A stretch of DNA of 64,000 bases. Source: an uncultured archaeon. GTDB taxonomy: Archaea; Aenigmatarchaeota; Aenigmatarchaeia; CG10238-14; SCSR01. The notes below the pieces were generated by a model that was given only the letters and a program-made list of their open reading frames with translations, was not told the origin of the DNA and did no database searches. Positions 57,831 through 64,000 of the stretch are shown piece by piece (position 1 is the stretch's first letter; each line of letters begins with the position of its first letter). The position numbers and the translations under genes were made by a program. The DNA lies in contig CAYNTH010000001.1 in NCBI GenBank assembly GCA_964400475.1, positions 73,957 through 137,956 of the forward strand. Reading direction: 5' to 3'.

Positions 57831-60368
57831 TTATTTTATTTCTATGTATTCTTTCTCCTCTTCTTTAGGTTTTTTCTTCATCTTGGACTTGATCTTCGAT
57901 ATTATATTTCTTATCTGTTTACCAACTTTTTCGAACAAATTTGTAGATTGTTTAGCATTGTCTATTGATTTTTGGGATGTTATGTCAACTTCTTCTTTTT
58001 TACCAACTGTCGGCAATTTTGGTATTTTAGGTTTGTAGGATTTTCCATTTATCTTGCTCTTTATAGTCTTCTTGGCATCTGATATTTTTTCAATCCCTTT
58101 TTCTTTGGGTGTTCTATGTCTGTATTCTCCTTTTTTTGGATCGTATCCGGGTTGGGGCCATAATAGATATCCTAGTATAATCAGGACTGTTACTGATACA
58201 CCGATAATAGTCCATTTCAATACGGGGGACATGTTGGTGATGTTTTCGGTTACATTTATATGGGTGCCCCCATCACTGAATTTTTCCTTTGATGATTTTA
58301 ATAGTGAATCAATATCATTCAATAATTGATATGCGCTAAAATAATCCCCGTCGTCGATGTGACTTTGTGCAGTTTCTATTTTTTCATTGGCTTCTATTAT
58401 AAATTGTTCGGCTTCTGTTACATCTCCCCCAGATTTCTTGGTTTTGTTTATTTCAGTCCAAATCTCAGTTAAATTGAGCCGATATAGTGTGATATTGTTC
58501 TGAATGGGCGTCTGTAAATCTTCATCTGGCAATATTCTTATAGTGAAATTATTTTCCAATGTATTGTTTGGTATTGATACTTTGTATGTGCCCGGATATT
58601 CCTTTATAGCATTGGTTATGTTTGATGTGAAATTCACTAGAAAAGCGGATTTCCCACCAGCTGCTATTGTATCGTTAGTAGAGTTTATACTATACCATAT
58701 TGATTTTAAGTTTTCGATTGTGAAGTTCACGTTTTGGGATGTATTTCCAGTGTTCTCTATAATTACCGTTGTTTGATTTGTCGAATTTCTAATAATATCG
58801 ATTTTTTCCTCTACATCGTAGAACGATATATTGCCGGAGTATCTGTAAACGGTCACAAGCTCGGTTGCAGATACTGATGAATAATATGATGTGATACTGT
58901 TATTGCATTTGTATATATGGGAACCCGCGCTTAGTGTGGTTATCTCAGGATTTGAAACCGAACTTCCTGCCCGATATAACGTTACGGATACCTGATCAGA
59001 CGAGCACAAAACTGTAGTTTTGGTTCCTTTGTTGATATTAGATCCCGGTGAGACAGTTAGTGTTATTGTGGGTGTTATTTTGTTTATGGTTGAGTTCGTT
59101 CTAGATGTCGAATTCCACGTGTTTTGGGAATTATTAGCATATATTTTCCATCTTAGCGTCATCGGTTGTGTTATATTGAGTTGGTATGTTGATGTATTTG
59201 TTCCACTTATTCTGGACATAGTATAATTCATCAATGTTCCGGTATGATTCAGCTCTATAAATGCGGTGTCGTATCCGTTCGAATCGTAGTCATCACTCCA
59301 CGTCGCATTGAATATAGCATATGTGTTGTTAGACCATGTGGATGGTATATCCGTGGACAAGGAATATCTGGGAGGGGGGTATATAACATTCAATGTTTTT
59401 GTGATACCAGTTGAGTTTATGCTGTAATTCCTGTTCCCACTGGAATTTACCTTGAAATCATATGATCCTATGGGGAGGATGTCTATGTATTGTTCGGAAA
59501 CAGCTGAGCCGTCCTTGAATAGTTGAGGATTCCCACCATCAGCAGTTACATTGACGATTTGGCCATCGTTTACATTAACATTTTGATTTAGATTGCCGTT
59601 GATGTATATATTCATCGGGTTGTCCGCTTTTGTCACATTAAATTCAAATGAATCAGTTACGTTTTCTTGTCCGCTTGTATCATTTGCAAACCACCTGTAT
59701 GTATAATTATCTTGTTGGAGATCCGTAATCACAATTCCATAACTGCCCGATCCTAAATCATTCACCTCAGGTGTGGTGGAATTCGTATAATTTGTGGCAC
59801 CATTCCATTCAAAAATCGGTCGGTCGATATCTATGTTATCGTTCCATGTGATATTGAATGTGTAGCTCTTATTGAAAACGTATTGTGTGGGCGATGACGG
59901 CGTTGTCGTATTTCCAGACCATGTCGGGGCGGTTTGATCACTCACTGTTACGGTGACATTGTTGGAATTGTACACATTATTTACATCCTTTGTGGAAATT
60001 TGAAAATCATAATCACTCGGGAAGTCGTCTGATGAAGGTGTTGTCACTTTGAACCAAAATTTTTCATCTCCTCCAGACGCTATGATATAAGATGTTGTAT
60101 CGTTATACCATCTGGGAGTTGGGGTTGGTAAAAATGATCCATCACTAGTTGTTCCAACGCTCCCATAATATGAAAAATTTGATGGCAGTGTTATGTTGAT
60201 TTGTACTATATTGGCATCTGTGTTGTTGACGGTGAAATTGACTAGAATATTGCTACCCGCGTTCAATGTTGAATTATCTATACTAGAATCGAAACTGGCA
60301 GCTCCGACAGAGTTTATAGTAAATAAACTAAAAACCACGATAGTTAATAAAAGCAATTTTCTATTCAT
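57831..60368 (-). CDS. large secreted, membrane-anchored surface glycoprotein-like protein
   Basis: Signal peptide, Asn/Thr/Ser-rich beta domains with many N-x-S/T sequons, TM near C-terminus, Lys-rich tail. Confidence 0.75.
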   Translation of the reverse strand: MNRKLLLLTIVVFSLFTINSVGAASFDSSIDNSTLNAGSNILVNFTVNNTDANIVQINITLPSNFSYYGSVGTTSDGSFLPTPTPRWYNDTTSYIIASGGDEKFWFKVTTPSSDDFPSDYDFQISTKDVNNVYNSNNVTVTVSDQTAPTWSGNTTTPSSPTQYVFNKSYTFNITWNDNIDIDRPIFEWNGATNYTNSTTPEVNDLGSGSYGIVITDLQQDNYTYRWFANDTSGQENVTDSFEFNVTKADNPMNIYINGNLNQNVNVNDGQIVNVTADGGNPQLFKDGSAVSEQYIDILPIGSYDFKVNSSGNRNYSINSTGITKTLNVIYPPPRYSLSTDIPSTWSNNTYAIFNATWSDDYDSNGYDTAFIELNHTGTLMNYTMSRISGTNTSTYQLNITQPMTLRWKIYANNSQNTWNSTSRTNSTINKITPTITLTVSPGSNINKGTKTTVLCSSDQVSVTLYRAGSSVSNPEITTLSAGSHIYKCNNSITSYYSSVSATELVTVYRYSGNISFYDVEEKIDIIRNSTNQTTVIIENTGNTSQNVNFTIENLKSIWYSINSTNDTIAAGGKSAFLVNFTSNITNAIKEYPGTYKVSIPNNTLENNFTIRILPDEDLQTPIQNNITLYRLNLTEIWTEINKTKKSGGDVTEAEQFIIEANEKIETAQSHIDDGDYFSAYQLLNDIDSLLKSSKEKFSDGGTHINVTENITNMSPVLKWTIIGVSVTVLIILGYLLWPQPGYDPKKGEYRHRTPKEKGIEKISDAKKTIKSKINGKSYKPKIPKLPTVGKKEEVDITSQKSIDNAKQSTNLFEKVGKQIRNIISKIKSKMKKKPKEEEKEYIEIK

Positions 60369-60436
60369 ACAATCTCCAATATCTTATATAGTATAGTCTT
60401 TTTAACCAAATAAAATTTAGATTGATAATGAATAGG

Positions 60437-60526
60437 CGAACCCGGTGGGATTTGAACCCACGACCTTCAACTATCTCCATGTATGTTTAGGAGGTTGCTG
60501 CTCTATCCAAGCTGAGCTACGGGTCC
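60437..60526 (-). tRNA. tRNA-Arg(CCT) with 15-nt 37/38 intron (60473-60487)
   Basis: Acceptor GGACCCG/CGGGTTC, anticodon CCT, BHB central helix CTCC/GGAG, T-arm GTGGG-TTCAAAT-CCCAC. Confidence 0.93.
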
Positions 60527-60568
60527 ATTAAGATTAATTTATTGTGGGAATGCTAATTTATTAAGTAT

Positions 60569-61678
60569 ATGGTATCTAAAAAAACAATGGAACGTATCGC
60601 CGAGAACACAGTTAATCTGAATTTTGATATAAAATCGGGTGATGTTGTTGTTATACATGCTGGGCCAAAATCTCTGGAATTTGCCGAAATGTTATCCTAT
60701 TATTGCTCTATGTCAGGTGCACAACCTTTGATAACCTATTCTAGTTCAGATTTATTCTTGAATACTTATAGAGACATAGATTCCACACTACTTACCAAAA
60801 AACCCAAATTGGCATATTCTCATTTGGATGTTGTCAACGCTGAGATGAAAATAAACGATTCCAATCCATTTTTAGAGAAGAAGATACCTCAATGGAAAAT
60901 AGAACTCAGACGAAAATCGATAAAACCGTTGAAGAAATTGAAGGAAAAGAAACTTGGCAATAAAGATTTGAAAATGGCCTTGATTGGGTTTCCAACTAAA
61001 GAAGATGCAAAATCCCTCGGGATATCGTTTGAGAAATTGGAGAAAATATTCTGGTCCACAATAGATGTTGATTTTGAGAAAATTGCACATTTCAATAAAA
61101 AATTAATTAAGAAATTCGATAATGTTGAAAAGGTGAGAATAGTTGGTGATAGGACTGATTTGAAGTTTTCTATTGAGAATAGGGAATTCATGAACGATTG
61201 CGGGATTGTTGATGAAGGACGAACGGGATATATGAATTTACCAGCAGGTGAAATATTTATAGCACCCGCCGAAAATTCTGCTAATGGTGAGATTTATTTC
61301 GATCTTCCGTGTATGTTCCATTATGGTAGACGAGTTGAGGGAGTATGGTTTCGTTTTAAAGATGGTGATATTGTCGAATATAATATACGAAAGGGTTCTA
61401 AGAATTTCGAGGAAGTGATAGAGAACTCTTCTGGTAAAAAAACAACTATAGCTGAGTTTGGAATAGGTACCAATCCCAACGCGAAGTCAACGGGTGGTAT
61501 GATCATCGTTGATGAGAAAATATTGGGCACAATTCATATAGCGATAGGTGAGAACAAGTTGTACGGCGGTAATAACGAATCTACGATACATTGGGATTTC
61601 TTCAAAAGAATGGGAAAATCCAGTATGATAAAGGGCGATGATGAAATTTTAATGAAGGATGGAAAATGGCTTATTTGA
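60569..61678 (+). CDS. aminopeptidase, M29 (AmpT/AmpS) family
   Basis: NLPAGEIFIAP, AEFGIGTNP, DEKILGTIHIAIG, N.S.IHWD. Confidence 0.9.
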   Translation: MVSKKTMERIAENTVNLNFDIKSGDVVVIHAGPKSLEFAEMLSYYCSMSGAQPLITYSSSDLFLNTYRDIDSTLLTKKPKLAYSHLDVVNAEMKINDSNPFLEKKIPQWKIELRRKSIKPLKKLKEKKLGNKDLKMALIGFPTKEDAKSLGISFEKLEKIFWSTIDVDFEKIAHFNKKLIKKFDNVEKVRIVGDRTDLKFSIENREFMNDCGIVDEGRTGYMNLPAGEIFIAPAENSANGEIYFDLPCMFHYGRRVEGVWFRFKDGDIVEYNIRKGSKNFEEVIENSSGKKTTIAEFGIGTNPNAKSTGGMIIVDEKILGTIHIAIGENKLYGGNNESTIHWDFFKRMGKSSMIKGDDEILMKDGKWLI

Positions 61679-62459
61679 ACAATTTCAAATAAATATAATG
61701 AGAAAATCAAGATTTGACGAGCAGTTCAAACGTATAATTAAAAGTCCAGAAGAAATTGGGCTAATTAGGAAAGCATCGGATGTAAGTAATTCTTGCGTAA
61801 ATCTCATCCAGGAAAAATTGGCCAAGAGTGATATCACCGAAAAAATGCTTGCAGATGCTGTGGATAGCAAGATAAGGGAAAATAATTGTGATTTGTCTTT
61901 TCCGACCATAGTTTGTTGTGGTAAGAGATCCAGATTCGTCCATCCAATTCCGACCACCAAGAAGATAAGTGGTATAGGATATATAGACTATGGTGCAAAG
62001 TATGAAAAATACTGCAGTGATATGACAGTTCCCTTCATCAAAGGATGTGTCTCAGATGAAGAAAAGAAAATCATAGAAGATACATTCGATGTTTATAATA
62101 AAGTTATGAAAATCATCAAAAATGGTGTGTATTGCTGGAAAGCCCATGAATTGTATGAAGACTTGCTAGCAGATATGGGGTATGATATTATTCACTCACT
62201 CGGTCACGGCATTGGATTGGACGCTCATGAATTACCTTTATTATCATTGCCACGAAATTTTAAAGCACTTAGTCCCAAGAAAAAAGAATGGTGGAACCGT
62301 GTTAAGAATATTAAATTTGAGAAGAATATGGTGTTTACAGTAGAACCTGGGTTATATGTTAAAGGGGTTGGCGGATGCAGGGTAGAAAATGTTGTTATAA
62401 TGGGTGAAAAGAACGGCGAAATTATTACCAACTCTAGACTTTTGGAAGTAACTGGATAA
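61659..62459 (+). CDS. M24B Xaa-Pro peptidase, catalytic domain only
   Basis: R.IKSPEEI, DYGA...YCSDMT, HSLGHGIGL..HE, TVEPGLY, G.RVEN. Confidence 0.88.
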   Translation: MENGLFEQFQINIMRKSRFDEQFKRIIKSPEEIGLIRKASDVSNSCVNLIQEKLAKSDITEKMLADAVDSKIRENNCDLSFPTIVCCGKRSRFVHPIPTTKKISGIGYIDYGAKYEKYCSDMTVPFIKGCVSDEEKKIIEDTFDVYNKVMKIIKNGVYCWKAHELYEDLLADMGYDIIHSLGHGIGLDAHELPLLSLPRNFKALSPKKKEWWNRVKNIKFEKNMVFTVEPGLYVKGVGGCRVENVVIMGEKNGEIITNSRLLEVTG

Positions 62460-62524
62460 CAATTAAAAACTTAAGGTATAATGTTAAAACATAAATTTAC
62501 GTAAAAACTTGATACAGTGATTAT

Positions 62525-63262
62525 ATGACCGAATTAACCCAATTGCCCGACGATATCACAATACCAAATCACTTAGCTGTTATAGTTGATGGCAATAGAC
62601 GATGGGCACAGAAAAACAAAAGAAAATATCCATGGCTCGGACATAGGGTGGGTGTCAAAAATATAAATGATTTCCTTAAATGGTGTTTAGAAGCAGGTGT
62701 TCCGAAAGTTTCCGTATACGCTCTTTCAACCGAGAATCTTAATAGGCCTGATAGAGAAGTAGAAGAACTCTTTAATCTTTTTTATAAGTATTTAGAAGAT
62801 ATCGAAAACGACGAGTCAAAGGTTTCCAAATTGCTGAATAAATATGAGGTTAAAATTAAATTCATCGGTGATTTGGAAAAACTTCCACCCAAGATGAGAA
62901 AATTAATGGGAAAAATAATGGCTAAGACAGCGAAACACCAGAAGAAAGCATTGAATCTGCTGATAGCCTATAGCAGTAAGTTCGAATTGACTGAGACAGT
63001 GAAAAAAATAGCGCAGAGTGTACTTGATAAAGGTAAGGTAGAGATTACGCCAAAGGATATTGACGATAATCTCATGGTCAGTTCTCCGGTTGATCTAATA
63101 ATACGAACGGGTGGTAGACACAGATTATCGAATCTTCTTCTATGGCAATCTGCTTATGCTGAGTTGTATGTTACTGATACCCTTTGGCCGGATTTTGATA
63201 AAGATGAATTTATTAGAGCTCTCAAGTGGTTTGATTCTATCAAGAGAAACTTTGGCAAGTGA
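62525..63262 (+). CDS. uppS: cis-prenyltransferase (undecaprenyl/polyprenyl diphosphate synthase)
   Basis: DGNRRWA, GH..G, STENL.R, DLIIRTGG..RLSN.LLWQ..YAEL, RNFG. Confidence 0.95.
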   Translation: MTELTQLPDDITIPNHLAVIVDGNRRWAQKNKRKYPWLGHRVGVKNINDFLKWCLEAGVPKVSVYALSTENLNRPDREVEELFNLFYKYLEDIENDESKVSKLLNKYEVKIKFIGDLEKLPPKMRKLMGKIMAKTAKHQKKALNLLIAYSSKFELTETVKKIAQSVLDKGKVEITPKDIDDNLMVSSPVDLIIRTGGRHRLSNLLLWQSAYAELYVTDTLWPDFDKDEFIRALKWFDSIKRNFGK

Positions 63263-63282
63263 TCTTTAGCTTGGTGTTATAG

Positions 63283-64000
63283 ATGTATGATGTTTTAGTT
63301 GTTGGTGCCGGTCCATCCGGGTGTAGGATAGCTCAATTGGTTGCTAAAAAGGGTTATGATGTTGGGTTAATTGAAAAGAGAGATGATATAGGAGAACCGG
63401 TTCAATGCGCTGGACTCGTTAGTCATAGGATTAGAACAGTGATAACGGATTTGCCGGATAATGTTATTTTAAATGATATTAGAAGAGCCAGATTCATCTC
63501 TAAATCCACCGAATTCACGTTAAGTTCAAAACGACCATTCCACGTTATTGATCGGGCGAAGTTGGATAAATTTTTGTTTCTAAAGGCCAGGAAAGAAGGC
63601 GTTGAAACCTTTAAATCAACCGCATTTGAGGATTATTCGTTCAGAAGGGATAATGATGATAATATATTTCTCAAGGTCTCTGTTCTGGGTGATGAATTCA
63701 GGACTAAGATTTTAGTCGGTGCCGACGGCCCCATATCTAATGTGGCATCTAAATCAAAATTGATACGTCCATCAAACATAATTACTGGTCTTCAGACAAC
63801 GGTTGAAGGGAAGTTTGATCCAGACGAAGTTAATCTCGTCTTTGATTCGGATATAAGTTCTGATTTTTTTGGGTGGATGATACCGATAAATTCACGTAAA
63901 GCCAGAATAGGATTGGCAGCTAAAAAGAACGCCATAGAGGGGCTGGAAAAAATGGTAAAGAGATATGTCGGAGATCGGGAAATAGAAATTAAACCTGACG
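63283..64000 (+). CDS. geranylgeranyl reductase-family flavoprotein (partial, runs off window)
   Basis: Translated by hand: MYDVLVVGAGPSGC...EKR..IGEPVQCAGLVS...IDRAKLD...VGADG...FFGWMIP. Confidence 0.9.
   Translation, partial: MYDVLVVGAGPSGCRIAQLVAKKGYDVGLIEKRDDIGEPVQCAGLVSHRIRTVITDLPDNVILNDIRRARFISKSTEFTLSSKRPFHVIDRAKLDKFLFLKARKEGVETFKSTAFEDYSFRRDNDDNIFLKVSVLGDEFRTKILVGADGPISNVASKSKLIRPSNIITGLQTTVEGKFDPDEVNLVFDSDISSDFFGWMIPINSRKARIGLAAKKNAIEGLEKMVKRYVGDREIEIKPD

Noticed and set aside
1..64000. Numerous 60-220 aa antisense ORFs (e.g. 4945-5604, 9663-10151, 43658-44179, 50377-50907, 56240-56803)
   Set aside because: They lie wholly opposite well-supported genes and are Ser/Phe/Ile/Leu-rich mirror translations without motifs.
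1..64000. CRISPR arrays, IS elements, integrases and inteins
   Set aside because: No spaced direct repeats or transposase/integrase motifs were seen. Typical intein hosts here (RNAP subunits, IF2, EF-2) have normal domain lengths and no intein termini that I could see.

Overview
Gene-dense, AT-rich archaeal chromosome segment. The gene content and divergent core proteins suggest a DPANN lineage, possibly Aenigmarchaeota-like (inference). It holds mostly core informational genes: an RNA polymerase/str-type operon, ThrRS, ProRS, class I LysRS, CCA enzyme, RNase Z, Sua5, aCPSF1, proteasome beta, thermosome, Mre11-Rad50, DNA ligase and Cdc6. It also has a type IV pilus locus, a carbamoyltransferase/SGNH cassette, a stand-alone 5S rRNA and six tRNA genes that all carry bulge-helix-bulge (BHB)-type introns, three at non-canonical positions. 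Top finding: the essential translation factor gene infB (aIF5B) is split inside its GTPase P-loop by a 32-nt insertion with an in-frame stop. The insertion folds into a tRNA-type BHB-like splice motif, and cleavage at the predicted sites exactly restores GHVDHGKT, so this is a candidate endonuclease-spliced mRNA intron. Second: RNA polymerase is encoded as B'' + fused B'-A' + A''. Also notable are a tRNA-Ile with a UAU anticodon and a ThrRS that joins an archaeal editing domain to a bacterial-type core. No CRISPR array, transposase or intein was seen.
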